Positions 38,772-49,137 of a stretch of 64,000 nucleotides of DNA are shown here, piece after piece (within the stretch, counting starts at the first letter, position 1; each line of letters begins with the position of its first letter). The DNA comes from an uncultured Saprospirales bacterium (GTDB taxonomy: Bacteria; Bacteroidota; Bacteroidia; Chitinophagales; Saprospiraceae). The notes beneath the pieces were generated by a model, which ran no database searches, was not told where the DNA came from, and saw only the letters and a list, made by a program, of their open reading frames with translations. Both the position numbers and the translations under genes were made by a program. The stretch spans positions 13,130 through 77,129 of the forward strand of contig CAXBGT010000001.1 in NCBI GenBank assembly GCA_963975265.1, given 5' to 3'.

Positions 38772-39176
38772 ATGGATATAAAAAGTTTCGCTCATATTGA
38801 AATCGCTAAAACCTATATTGATCTTTTAGAGAGGGGGGATATAACTGGCGTGATTTCGTTATTCTCTGATTCAGGGAAGGTCCATTCTCCTATCTATGGT
38901 GAGAAGGATGCTGGCGATTTTTATACTGATCTAGCTAATGATACCACTGAATCTAAATTAACCACCAATGGTATATTCGCAGAACCTAACTCGAATCGGG
39001 TAGCACTCTATTTCAACTACGAGTGGACGTTAAAAGACGGTAAGATCGTTAACTTTGACGTTGTTGATATTATTGTTTTTGATGAAGAGGGAAAGATCTC
39101 CGAGTTGCGAATTATTTATGATACGGTGAAGAGCAGAGGGATGGTGCGTGATTTAGAACAATCCCAAAAAGTTTAG
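38772..39176 (+). CDS. Small NTF2-like (SnoaL-type) protein, tentative
   Basis: 134 aa. Size and N-terminal pattern (AKTYIDLLERGDITGVISLFSDSGKVHSP) fit SnoaL/NTF2-like folds. The assignment is weak. Confidence 0.55.
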   Translation: MDIKSFAHIEIAKTYIDLLERGDITGVISLFSDSGKVHSPIYGEKDAGDFYTDLANDTTESKLTTNGIFAEPNSNRVALYFNYEWTLKDGKIVNFDVVDIIVFDEEGKISELRIIYDTVKSRGMVRDLEQSQKV

Positions 39177-39349
39177 AAAATCAATTAGAATAACTACCAT
39201 AATTGCTGATCAACAGTAACATGACTCCGGCTTTGTCAGCTACAAATATATCAGCGTAGCCCCATCCAAGAAATAATATTCTCTTTGATGGGGATAAGGG
39301 GGTGGACTAACGCACCCCATGACGTGTTTCTATGGATTTAGATACTCCC

Positions 39350-39397
39350 AAAATAAAAATGGTCACCTTTTTACAAAGGCGACCATTCATATTTTTC
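39350..39397. terminator. Bidirectional terminator between convergent genes
   Basis: 12-bp stem ATGGTCACCTTT (39359-39370) / AAAGGCGACCAT (39375-39386) with one mismatch and a 4-nt loop. An A-run lies upstream and a T-run downstream, so T-runs follow the stem on both strands. Confidence 0.7.
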
Positions 39398-39413
39398 TAA
39401 TAATATCTAATTA

Positions 39414-40697
39414 TTATTGAGGTTCAGAAACGGGTCTAGGTAATTGTACCCAAACGTCATCACCTACTCTATCAATAGGCAGTTCTGATAATTTACCGAA
39501 TCTTCTCATGTCTATCCATCTGTGACCTTCTCCGAAAAGAGAATATCTTCTTTGGTATAGTACTTCATTTATCAGTGCAGCATCAGTAGTTGCTCCAGTG
39601 TAATCAGCAACACCGTTATTACTTCTGATTGTATTGATTATTGATACCGCTTTACCATTATCAGATCCGATATTAGCTTCTGCATTGATCAACATCAACT
39701 CTGCTCTTGTGATAAAAGGAACAAAGTCTCCATTTGACTTGTAAACCCATACATCATATGTTCCGCTTAGTCCATCAAGTGACAATGTGTCTCTTTCTAA
39801 AACTTTTGCTAATCTAGCATCTCCAGCTTCTGCATCTGCTGCATAAGAAGGGTGTGCGATTATAGCATCCGCTTGACCAGGAACTCTGAAAAGATTATTT
39901 AAAAAATCTCCCCCAGCAGAAGAATAAAATCTTGATGGGTTAGACACATCATCCGTCATAAATGAACCTGCCAGCCTTGAAACAGCATCAGACTTATTAC
40001 CTAAGTACAAGGCAATTCTTGCACTTAAAGCTCTGTTGAACTTGGCAAAAGTAGCTGGTGTATTAAAGTCAGCCATTGCTGAAGATAAATTAAATGCAAA
40101 TTCAGATCCACTAAGATCACTATTGGCTTCATCTAATAATGCTAGGATGTCTGCTAATGCTTCATTGTAAGATCTGAATGGTCCTAAGTTATCAATATCT
40201 GATACATCCGTTCTGATACCATTGTCAAATTGAAGATTGGCAACAAGACTTAGTTCATAGGCCTGAAATGTTTTAGCAAATCCCAGGTAACCTTTTAGTT
40301 CAGCTGCTGTTATACTAGAAGAGACCGATGCTGCATCAATTAATACATTCAAGTTCTTTACGTTTCTATACCTACCAAAATATGGTCTAGTTCCATAAAA
40401 TCCTGCATTATCAAGCGTAGCATCTCCTTTTCCCAATAGCTCTCCAGTATATCTAGGATCTGATCCAGTGAAGAAGTAATACTCTCTTCCGATGATAGAT
40501 ACTACATCATAGTAAAATCCTACCTCTTGTCTAAGTAGATCTTCTGATCCAGTAACAAGTGTTTGTAATTCACTTTTGTTTGCATCCAATAATACTCCCT
40601 CGATACTAGGACCATTCGGATTTGGTAGCTCATCTATGTTACAACTGCATATTGAAAATGCCAATGTAACTAGAAATATATATTTTATTTGTTTCAT
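39414..40697 (-). CDS. SusD/RagB-family outer-membrane lipoprotein
   Basis: Lipobox LAFSICSCN. The C-terminal GHRWIDMRRFGK motif is characteristic of RagB/SusD. It lies immediately downstream of a SusC-type gene. Confidence 0.9.
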   Translation of the reverse strand: MKQIKYIFLVTLAFSICSCNIDELPNPNGPSIEGVLLDANKSELQTLVTGSEDLLRQEVGFYYDVVSIIGREYYFFTGSDPRYTGELLGKGDATLDNAGFYGTRPYFGRYRNVKNLNVLIDAASVSSSITAAELKGYLGFAKTFQAYELSLVANLQFDNGIRTDVSDIDNLGPFRSYNEALADILALLDEANSDLSGSEFAFNLSSAMADFNTPATFAKFNRALSARIALYLGNKSDAVSRLAGSFMTDDVSNPSRFYSSAGGDFLNNLFRVPGQADAIIAHPSYAADAEAGDARLAKVLERDTLSLDGLSGTYDVWVYKSNGDFVPFITRAELMLINAEANIGSDNGKAVSIINTIRSNNGVADYTGATTDAALINEVLYQRRYSLFGEGHRWIDMRRFGKLSELPIDRVGDDVWVQLPRPVSEPQ

Positions 40698-40718
40698 AAG
40701 TTTCTATTTATTTCTTAA

Positions 40719-43682
40719 TTAAAATTCTGCTATAACGTGAAAGTCAAATCTCTTAGATGATGGAAATGGTAGCACCTCTACTCCTGTAGATAATCCTCCT
40801 CCTCCAAAGTTTGATACTTCAGGGTCATAACTATTATAGTCGAAAATGTTGATCAAGTTGTTTCCAGAGAACCCAACTTTAAGTGATCTCGTACCAGGTA
40901 CTAAACCAGCAGGAAGAGTATAGTATAATCCTATTTCTCTCAATCTGATGTAACTTGCATCTTCTACATATGGGTCAGTATTGGCACCTAATTGTGAAAG
41001 TCTGTATGGCCCATTTTCCAATTCTCCTGAAGGGTCAAGACCCGTATCATCGAAATCATGAGTAGTATTGTTCAAGTCAAATAGAAGTGTTGAAAGGTTG
41101 ATGTTTGAACCACCCTTTTTCCAGTGCCATACAAAGTTAAGATCAAAGTTTTTGTATCTTAAGTTGTTCATCCATGATAATTGAAAGTCTGGTTCTGCAT
41201 TTCCAAATACTTGTAGTGTTGGAGCTCCATCACCATTCAATGTTACTGTTGGATCACTTCCAACTCCAATGATAGTAGTAGGACTAAATCCTTCCTTAAC
41301 CATAAAATTTCCTAAGAAATCAGCAAAACCACCAAGGGTAAATGCTGGCACATCAAGTTTAGTAACTTCAGCTGTGTTTTTCCAAAAACTAAATCTAGAT
41401 CCTAAAGTAACATCTTCAGTATTGATCAATCCAAGGTTCAAACCTAACTCTATTCCTCTATTTTGTAAAGAAGCTGCGTTTGTTACCTGACTAGCGAAAC
41501 CTGATGATGCAGGCACGTTAGCATTTAGTAATAGATCAGTTACAGACTTGATGTAGTAAGTTACATCCATTGAATATCTGTTATTGATCTCAAAGTCAGC
41601 ACCAAATTCTAATTCTTTTTGTCTTTCTGGACCTACTGCTGAGTTACCTAATAATGAAGGTACAGCAACTCCCGCTAAGCCATCCACGATAGACGAACCT
41701 AAGATAGTAGACTTAGCACCGAATTGGGCAAAGTTACCAGACTCACCATATGCCGCTCTAACTTTCACCTGAGTAAATGGACCTACTGATTCTATTAAAT
41801 TATGAAGATTCACGGCAAGGTTTGCTTTTGGATAATAGTATAGTTTGTTAACATCACTATTATTTGATGATTTATCTCCTCTGACACCAACTGTTGCTAA
41901 GAATTTATCGTCAAAGTTAAATTCTTCTTGTACGAAGAATCCTTTATCCTGTTGAATACGTCTAGCTTGAGTTACGTTTCTATTACCTGCTTGATCAAGA
42001 TTAGTTTGTGCACCAATTAAGTTAGATGCTTCTCCTAAGATGATATCTCTGTTAAAGTCTTCTTGGGTAACACCCGCTGAGGTTGTAAACGAAATACCAT
42101 TGCTTCCATAATAATTGTGTACTAATAATGCTGCAATATTAGAATTTAGGTTCTTAGCGAAACCTTGAACTGATACTCCGTTAAGTCCAGCTCCATCTCT
42201 TTGGAACTGAAGTGAATTAGGGAATATAGCTTTCGTATTAAGGCTATAAAAATCCGCTCCTCCTCTAAATACCGCTTTCAATGTTTGATTTTCTTTTGTG
42301 AAAATCTTTGCTGTTAATGAACCACCACCGATGAATCTATTGATAGATTCATTGTTTGTGATTTGCTCTGCCGTTTCTAAAAAGTTAGACGGTGCATATT
42401 GATTAGCTGGGAAAAGACCAGTTACAGGATCTGCTTGTAAGTCTGCAAATCCAGGAGTAGATGAAAATGATACACCCATCGTTGTACCAGAATTGTCATT
42501 GTTAAAAAATCCTCTATCTGCACTTGAGTTTACGTAGTTAGTAGTCATAGACACATCAAATACTTTTGATATTTTATGATCCACATTCAATCTTACTGAA
42601 GTCTTCTGGTATCCAGTATTAGATACGATTCCGTCTTCATTTTTATAAGAAGCCCCAGCGTAGAATTGTGTTTTTTCACTACCTCCTGATACACTTACTT
42701 TAGTATTATATAATGTTGCTTTATTTCCATAAAGAAGATCCTCATAGTTTGTAACACCATTATTTCTAAAATCATCGATATTTCCAGCGAAGTTACTTCC
42801 AAGAACTCTTTCTTCCGTCCATTCTCTCACACCTAGTTTTTTAAGTTGAGATGCTTGACCGATTGATTGAGATACTCGAACTACTGTTTCTCCTGCTTTA
42901 CCTTTTTTAGTTGTAATGATTACAACACCACCTGCTGCTCTCGATCCGTAGATAGCGGCTGCAGATGCACCTTTCAAGATTTCGATTGACTCGATATCCG
43001 CAGGGTCCAAATCCGATAACCTGTTGGATGGATTATCCTGATTAGATGTACTTCCTCCACTTGATGCAGCGGATACAATGTTCAATCCTGAAGGAATACT
43101 AGAGTTATCCATATAAATACCATCAAGGATAATCAATGGTTGAGAAGATCCACTGATAGATGTTGTACCTCTCAGTTTGAATGCTAAACCACCTCCTGGT
43201 GCTCCAGATGCTGCTTTAATTTCAGCACCTTTGAATTTTCCATACAATGCAGCTTCTACAGAAGCTGGAGCAGCTATACCTGTAAGTTCAGCAGCATCAA
43301 TCTTTGCTACAGAATTGGCTAAGTTTTTACGCTTCACTGAAGTCGCAAGACCTGTGATGACTATTTCATCCATTTGGTTAATATCTTCGGACATTACTAT
43401 AGATCCAAAGTTGTTGTCTGACAATAGAATCGATTGAGTAAGATATCCCAAATAAGATACCTCTAAAGTAGTGGCTCCGGCTGGAGCAATAAGAGAAAAT
43501 CCACCATCGATATCAGTAATTGTACCAACAGTTGTTCCTTTTACGATTACATTGGCGCCTATAACAGCGTCACCCGCTGAATCTGTAATTACTCCTGCGA
43601 CCGTCTGTTGCGAAAACGCAAATGACTGGCATAGAATCACCAGCAAGGCTGACAATCCTAAATTTGTAAACATTTTTTTCAT
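40719..43682 (-). CDS. SusC/RagA-family TonB-dependent outer-membrane transporter
   Basis: Carboxypeptidase-regulatory-like N-terminal domain (GVITDSAGDAVIGANVIVKGTTVGTITDIDGGFSL), plug region with DEIVITGLATS, 987 aa, and a terminal aromatic residue (...HVIAEF). Confidence 0.9.
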   Translation of the reverse strand: MKKMFTNLGLSALLVILCQSFAFSQQTVAGVITDSAGDAVIGANVIVKGTTVGTITDIDGGFSLIAPAGATTLEVSYLGYLTQSILLSDNNFGSIVMSEDINQMDEIVITGLATSVKRKNLANSVAKIDAAELTGIAAPASVEAALYGKFKGAEIKAASGAPGGGLAFKLRGTTSISGSSQPLIILDGIYMDNSSIPSGLNIVSAASSGGSTSNQDNPSNRLSDLDPADIESIEILKGASAAAIYGSRAAGGVVIITTKKGKAGETVVRVSQSIGQASQLKKLGVREWTEERVLGSNFAGNIDDFRNNGVTNYEDLLYGNKATLYNTKVSVSGGSEKTQFYAGASYKNEDGIVSNTGYQKTSVRLNVDHKISKVFDVSMTTNYVNSSADRGFFNNDNSGTTMGVSFSSTPGFADLQADPVTGLFPANQYAPSNFLETAEQITNNESINRFIGGGSLTAKIFTKENQTLKAVFRGGADFYSLNTKAIFPNSLQFQRDGAGLNGVSVQGFAKNLNSNIAALLVHNYYGSNGISFTTSAGVTQEDFNRDIILGEASNLIGAQTNLDQAGNRNVTQARRIQQDKGFFVQEEFNFDDKFLATVGVRGDKSSNNSDVNKLYYYPKANLAVNLHNLIESVGPFTQVKVRAAYGESGNFAQFGAKSTILGSSIVDGLAGVAVPSLLGNSAVGPERQKELEFGADFEINNRYSMDVTYYIKSVTDLLLNANVPASSGFASQVTNAASLQNRGIELGLNLGLINTEDVTLGSRFSFWKNTAEVTKLDVPAFTLGGFADFLGNFMVKEGFSPTTIIGVGSDPTVTLNGDGAPTLQVFGNAEPDFQLSWMNNLRYKNFDLNFVWHWKKGGSNINLSTLLFDLNNTTHDFDDTGLDPSGELENGPYRLSQLGANTDPYVEDASYIRLREIGLYYTLPAGLVPGTRSLKVGFSGNNLINIFDYNSYDPEVSNFGGGGLSTGVEVLPFPSSKRFDFHVIAEF

Positions 43683-43906
43683 GCAAATTTTATTTAGTTA
43701 AGTAAAATAGTTCGTTTTCATCTTTGAAAACAATTAATCCAAATGTAATATGTTAAAAAAAAGCCGAAGTCATATCTAAAAACTCAACTTTATCTGAATT
43801 CTAATTCAAAATAACAATCGAATGACAAATTAAAAAGCAATCTATTCATCAAAAGTTGACATCTTTTTAACTATCCCTTTATCCGCATTACTGTATATTG
43901 CACTTT

Positions 43907-45703
43907 ATGAGCTCAATTATTAAAATTATAGTAGGGGTATTCGTTGCTGTCTTCTGGTGTGTAAGTAATATCAATGCACAGTGGTCTTCTGATTTTTCAG
44001 AGCAAGATCTATCAGAATGGACTGGTGATGTCGACCAATTCATCGTCAATGAAGATGGACAGTTGCAACTTAACGCTCCTGCAGCAGGTGAGACCACTCT
44101 TTTCAGACAAAGCCAAATAAGTGATGACACCGTAAGCATCGGTTTCTACCATAAGTTAGATTTTAGCCCTTCTGATAATAATCGATCCACAATTTACTTA
44201 GCGTTGGATAATCAAGACCTTTCAGTTGCCAATGGTTACTATTTACAAATAGGCGAAAACGGTTCGGACGATGCAATAAACTTCTATTACCTTAATAATG
44301 GTACAGCAGAACTTATAGGATCAGCAACAATGGGTGCTATGGCAAATGAGCCAGCAGAAGCTAGAGTAGATATAGATGTTTTTCCTAGTGGATTGTGGTC
44401 AGTAAAAACCAACTATGACGGTCTAGAATCTACTTTTCTTGATGTAGAATTTATGGATGATAGATTTTCTTTTTCTGATTCTCAGTTTTTTGGTATTAAA
44501 TGTAAATTTAGTGCCTCAAGAGCGGATAAGTTTTTCTATGGTGATATGTTTATCAAAGCGTTTGAAGTAGATTTGACACCACCGAATATAATTGAAGCCG
44601 CAGCATTAAGTGTAAATCAGATTCTCATAAAATTTGATGAGCCGGTGGAAGCTTCAGATGCTCAGAATGTAAACCACTATAACGTAGATAATGGAGTTGG
44701 AAATCCCTTTTCAATCAACAATTTAAGTGGTATAGGAAACGAGTATCTACTTCAATTCGCTACTGATTTTGCTTCTGATATTGTTTACAGTATGATAGCT
44801 TCTGGGATCAATGACTTAAACGGTAACCTTATGACAGATTTCTCTCTTTTGTTTAATGTGCCGAGCAAACCAATCATAGGCGACCTTTTACTAAGTGAAA
44901 TCCTATTCGACCCATATATTGAAGGGGAGGATTTTATCGAATTATATAACACTTCAGACAAATTTATTGAGCTTCAAGGGATAATTATTTCAAATACTCA
45001 TAATGAAATGATGCAGGTCATCTCATCAAACCTGTCGATTGGTCCCAAAGAATATATTGCACTAACAGAAGATGCGGATTTCTTAGTTCAGGAATATAAG
45101 CCAGATAGTGATGCAAATATTATCATTTCTGAATTACCAGCATTTAACAATGATGCGGGCAATGTTACAATTACAAATGTAGATGGAATTGTATTAGATT
45201 CCTTCGACTATACAGAAGATCAGCACTTCCAACTGATCGATGATACAGAAGGCGTAAGCTTAGAAAGAATAAGTTTTAATGTAGAAACGAATGATAAACG
45301 AAACTGGCAATCCGCTTCTCAAAGTACTAGGTTCGCTACCCCCGGATACAAAAACTCAGGAGAAATCACTATCAATCCTGGAGATGAAATGTTTACCGTT
45401 GTTACAGAGACTTTCTCTCCAGATCAAGATGGAACAGATGACGTGATGCTCCTCAATTACAATCTAGAAAAGTCTGGATTCGTTGCAAATATTGCCATGC
45501 ATGATGCAGCAGGGTTTAAGATCAAAGCACTATCTCAAAACGAATTATTATCCACTCAGGGAATTATTACTTGGGATGGTACAGATACTGAAGGTAACAT
45601 TTCTGACCTTGGCATATACATAGTGGTAGGCCAAGTATTTCATCCTGATGGGGATGTTCTAAGTTTTAAGAAAACGGTAGTTTTAGCAGGGTTCATAGAT
45701 TAA
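43907..45703 (+). CDS. Secreted lamin-tail-domain (LTD) protein
   Basis: Signal peptide MSSIIKIIVGVFVAVFWCVSNINAQ. The LTD signature is LLSEILFDPYIEGEDFIELYNTSD...ISL. I place the start at the ATG at 43907, because the track ORF starts at a TTG at 43898. Confidence 0.75.
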   Translation: MSSIIKIIVGVFVAVFWCVSNINAQWSSDFSEQDLSEWTGDVDQFIVNEDGQLQLNAPAAGETTLFRQSQISDDTVSIGFYHKLDFSPSDNNRSTIYLALDNQDLSVANGYYLQIGENGSDDAINFYYLNNGTAELIGSATMGAMANEPAEARVDIDVFPSGLWSVKTNYDGLESTFLDVEFMDDRFSFSDSQFFGIKCKFSASRADKFFYGDMFIKAFEVDLTPPNIIEAAALSVNQILIKFDEPVEASDAQNVNHYNVDNGVGNPFSINNLSGIGNEYLLQFATDFASDIVYSMIASGINDLNGNLMTDFSLLFNVPSKPIIGDLLLSEILFDPYIEGEDFIELYNTSDKFIELQGIIISNTHNEMMQVISSNLSIGPKEYIALTEDADFLVQEYKPDSDANIIISELPAFNNDAGNVTITNVDGIVLDSFDYTEDQHFQLIDDTEGVSLERISFNVETNDKRNWQSASQSTRFATPGYKNSGEITINPGDEMFTVVTETFSPDQDGTDDVMLLNYNLEKSGFVANIAMHDAAGFKIKALSQNELLSTQGIITWDGTDTEGNISDLGIYIVVGQVFHPDGDVLSFKKTVVLAGFID

Positions 45704-45814
45704 GAGAATGCTAAAATTAGGCATTACGCTGTTAGCATATGATAAATTAGTTGCTTTTCAGTTAAAATACGTCTATAGGAATTAGTATTGCTTAATTTAG
45801 CAAGATCAAACAAG

Positions 45815-46771
45815 ATGACTCAACAGCAGAAAAACACAATACTACAATCTACTGTAGCTATGATACTCATAGTAGGTACGGGTATTGTGATGTTGTCATC
45901 TCAGGTCCCTTTGATCAGACGTATTTCTGAATATTCAGTCCATATTATGCTGGGAATGTTAGGATTCAGCCTAGTGTCTTTGCTTTTTGGTAAATCGAAG
46001 ATCATGTTTGCTGGAATGGCATGTACAGCTGCACTTTGTATCTTTCTAAAAGATGCATCTAACAATACACTCAAACTCCCTCAAGAAAACACCGAAGCAA
46101 AACTAAACGTAGCTCATATAAACTTGAGCAATATTACATTGGAGTTCAATGAATTGAGAAACTTATTAAATGAAGAAAACATAGATTTGGTTTCATTTCA
46201 AGAATTGACTCCAGATTGGAATGTGGTGCTTCACAATCTACTAAAAGTTGACTTTCCTTGTTCTAAATCCGAAGTACGTATTGATCCATACGGCATGGCA
46301 CTTTATAGCAGGATACCGTTCAAAAGTACTGGATCATTCAAATGCAAAGACAAGCCTAACTTAAAATCAACTATCGAAAAAGATGGAAAAGAATTTCATA
46401 TTATTTCTTCCTATCTAACTCCTGCACTAGATAAAAAAAGCATTGAAACAGCTTCAAATCAACTGAATGTGATAGCTGAAGAGATCAAAAGATCTGAATA
46501 TCCTCTGATCGCATTAGGTGAATACAATATGGTATATTGGACCAATGAAATCCGAGAATTCAGGAGCGATACTAAGTTGACTAACTCTAGACGAGGTCTT
46601 TCTGATGGCAACCTTCGTGTTCCTTATGATCATATCTTTTTCTCAGAAGGATTGGAATGCACAGAATTCAAAGAAATGAAAGATGTTGACCAAAATTATA
46701 TTGGTATTATGGGTAAATATCAAATCCGAGAATTAAAAGGTGATTCCACACTAAGTTATTTAATTAAGTAG
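45815..46771 (+). CDS. Membrane-anchored endonuclease/exonuclease/phosphatase (EEP) family protein
   Basis: Three N-terminal TM segments are followed by an EEP-like core (VSFQELTPDW ... PYDHIFFS). I place the start at the ATG at 45815. Confidence 0.65.
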   Translation: MTQQQKNTILQSTVAMILIVGTGIVMLSSQVPLIRRISEYSVHIMLGMLGFSLVSLLFGKSKIMFAGMACTAALCIFLKDASNNTLKLPQENTEAKLNVAHINLSNITLEFNELRNLLNEENIDLVSFQELTPDWNVVLHNLLKVDFPCSKSEVRIDPYGMALYSRIPFKSTGSFKCKDKPNLKSTIEKDGKEFHIISSYLTPALDKKSIETASNQLNVIAEEIKRSEYPLIALGEYNMVYWTNEIREFRSDTKLTNSRRGLSDGNLRVPYDHIFFSEGLECTEFKEMKDVDQNYIGIMGKYQIRELKGDSTLSYLIK

Positions 46772-46799
46772 TTATTTTCAAAGATTAAAGCCTTCGTGT

Positions 46800-48173
46800 A
46801 TGAAAGAATATTTATCAATACTCTTGTTGATTTTAGTAAGTTTTTTTTCTTCGGCACAACCTTCACTTCAATATGTTCAAGTGCAGTCTGGACTTAGTAG
46901 TCCAGTGGATATAACCAATGCAGGGGATGGATCCAATCGACTTTTCATCGTTGAGCAAGATGGCATAATTAAAATCATAGAAAATGGCAGTGTACTATCA
47001 ACACCATTCCTAGATATCGTTTCGAAAGTAAACTCTACTGCCAATGAAAGAGGTCTCCTAGGCTTGGATTTTCATCCTGAATTTGAAACAAATGGATATT
47101 TCTTTGTTAACTATACCAATATCTCTGGAACTACAACTATCTCAAGATTCAAAGTGTCTGTTACTGATGCAAATCTTGCAGACCCTGAGTCTGAAAAAGT
47201 AATGATCGAAATTAGTCAACCCTTTTCCAATCATAATGCCGGAGATTTGAAATTTAGCCCAATAGATCACTATTTATACATACCTATGGGAGATGGTGGT
47301 TCTGGAGGAGATCCAGGGTGTCGGTCTCAGGACTCTACATTCTTACTTGGCAAAATGCTAAGGATTGATGTTGACCAGAATGAAAACATTTTTCCTTATT
47401 ATGGAATTCCCGTGGATAATCCATACATTAGTTTTCCAACTGTTCCAAATGAGATTTGGGCTTTTGGTTTAAGAAACCCTTGGAAAATCGCTTTTGATTC
47501 TAAGACGGGTGACATCTGGATTGCAGATGTTGGACAAAATGTGATTGAAGAGGTCAATTTCCAACCATTTACAAGTACTGGTGGAGAGAATTATGGATGG
47601 GCAATCATGGAAGGAGATCAATGTTATGATCCCGACCCAATAAATAATAATTGTGTAAGTGGGCTACCATCTTGTTTTTCACCTTCTTACGTTGATCCTA
47701 TCTTTACATACGGGCATAATTTTGCAACTGGAGGATATTCTATCACTGGTGGATATATGTATAGAGGGTGCAAGTACACAGAACTATACGGATACTATCT
47801 TGTCACCGATTATGTCACAAATAACACTTGGGTTATGTATTCTAATGGAAGTGCTACTCAAATGTTAGATGCACCCAATGGAGTATCCACTTATGGAGAA
47901 GATGAATCTGGTGAGCTATATCTGGCAACATTATCTGGAGGAATTTACGAAGTACGAGAGACTACTTACCCTGAGGTGCTCATATTAACTAGCGCAGATA
48001 GTCCATTGGACGGATTATATCAGGCTGCAGATAGCATCATTATCGGCAGCAATGTAACTTTTAATCTTACAGGAGATATTACATTTATTTCTCCTAATTT
48101 GTCAATCTCTCATGCTGTTGATATACCAATTACGGCCTCATTAAAAGTCAATAAAGGTGTTTGTGACGATTAA
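46800..48173 (+). CDS. PQQ-dependent sugar (glucose/sorbosone) dehydrogenase-family beta-propeller protein
   Basis: Motifs ERGLLGLDFHP, HNAGDLKFSP, LGKMLRIDV and WAFGLRNPW. Has a signal peptide. Confidence 0.85.
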   Translation: MKEYLSILLLILVSFFSSAQPSLQYVQVQSGLSSPVDITNAGDGSNRLFIVEQDGIIKIIENGSVLSTPFLDIVSKVNSTANERGLLGLDFHPEFETNGYFFVNYTNISGTTTISRFKVSVTDANLADPESEKVMIEISQPFSNHNAGDLKFSPIDHYLYIPMGDGGSGGDPGCRSQDSTFLLGKMLRIDVDQNENIFPYYGIPVDNPYISFPTVPNEIWAFGLRNPWKIAFDSKTGDIWIADVGQNVIEEVNFQPFTSTGGENYGWAIMEGDQCYDPDPINNNCVSGLPSCFSPSYVDPIFTYGHNFATGGYSITGGYMYRGCKYTELYGYYLVTDYVTNNTWVMYSNGSATQMLDAPNGVSTYGEDESGELYLATLSGGIYEVRETTYPEVLILTSADSPLDGLYQAADSIIIGSNVTFNLTGDITFISPNLSISHAVDIPITASLKVNKGVCDD

Positions 48174-48318
48174 TTTGTATCTTTAGTATGTTTATTCTCT
48201 GCATAAATTCGAACAGGATGCACTTTGATTTATGGAAGAGGTTTAAGAACACAAGATATTTAAAGTTAAGATGCAACCCTTCCTATTTTTTTCTGTCATT
48301 ACTATGAAAACAAACTAA

Positions 48319-48360
48319 GCTCAAACAACTTAACGCTAAATTGTTTGAGCATTATTTTTA
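48319..48360 (+). terminator. Rho-independent terminator after the PQQ-dehydrogenase gene
   Basis: 10-bp stem GCTCAAACAA (48319-48328) / TTGTTTGAGC (48341-48350), followed by ATTATTTTT. Confidence 0.65.
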
Positions 48361-48455
48361 GAATATCGATTTTGTAGGATTCGCTAAACGGCCTTTCGTT
48401 TATGTATCTTGTGACTGAGAGATGTTTGAAAAATAATTACAACTAATACTACTAA

Positions 48456-48989
48456 TTGGAACAATTGAACTTTCAGCGAGAGCTCGTAGAACGATGTATT
48501 GAAGGCGATCGAAGTGCCCAGTACAATCTATATAGAATGTATTCTAAAGGAATGTATAATATCTGTCTACGTATGCTCAACAATAGTATGGAAGCTGAAG
48601 ATTTGCTACAAGAATCTTTTATGGATGTTTACAGAAAGCTGCACACCTATAAATTTGAGTCTACACCTGGGGCCTGGATGAAAAGAATAGTAGTCAATAA
48701 TTGCATCAATAAACTGCGCAAGAAAAAACTTCATATTGAAGAAATAGAGGAAGGAAGGTACGTTGCAGAAGAATTAGTAGAAGCAAACAACTATCATTTC
48801 GAAGTAAAAAAAATAAAAAAGGCAATGGCAGCTTTGCCAGATGGATATAGAGTGATTTTTTCATTGTATGCAATGGAAGGGTACGACCACCAAGAGATAG
48901 GACAAATCATGAATATATCAGAGTCTACCTCAAAATCTCAGTATAGCCGAGCAAAAAAGAAGATAAGAGACCTGATGAATTCTTACTAA
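48456..48989 (+). CDS. ECF-type sigma-70 family factor
   Basis: Region 2 is EDLLQESFMDVYRKL...WMKRIVVNNCIN. Region 4 is GYDHQEIGQIMNISESTSKSQYSRAKKKI. No in-frame ATG lies upstream of region 2, so a TTG start at 48456 is likely. Confidence 0.85.
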   Translation: MEQLNFQRELVERCIEGDRSAQYNLYRMYSKGMYNICLRMLNNSMEAEDLLQESFMDVYRKLHTYKFESTPGAWMKRIVVNNCINKLRKKKLHIEEIEEGRYVAEELVEANNYHFEVKKIKKAMAALPDGYRVIFSLYAMEGYDHQEIGQIMNISESTSKSQYSRAKKKIRDLMNSY

Positions 48990-49137
48990 TACCGACGACA
49001 ATGGAATTTCACTGTTTTTTTGTAGTGGCCGGATGAATATTTAGCGCTTATTTCATATGCTGGATTTAATATCCATCAGTATTGCTCCAAAGTTAAAAGT
49101 GACGTTTTGAAACAGAATTGGCATAAGATTATAAAAC

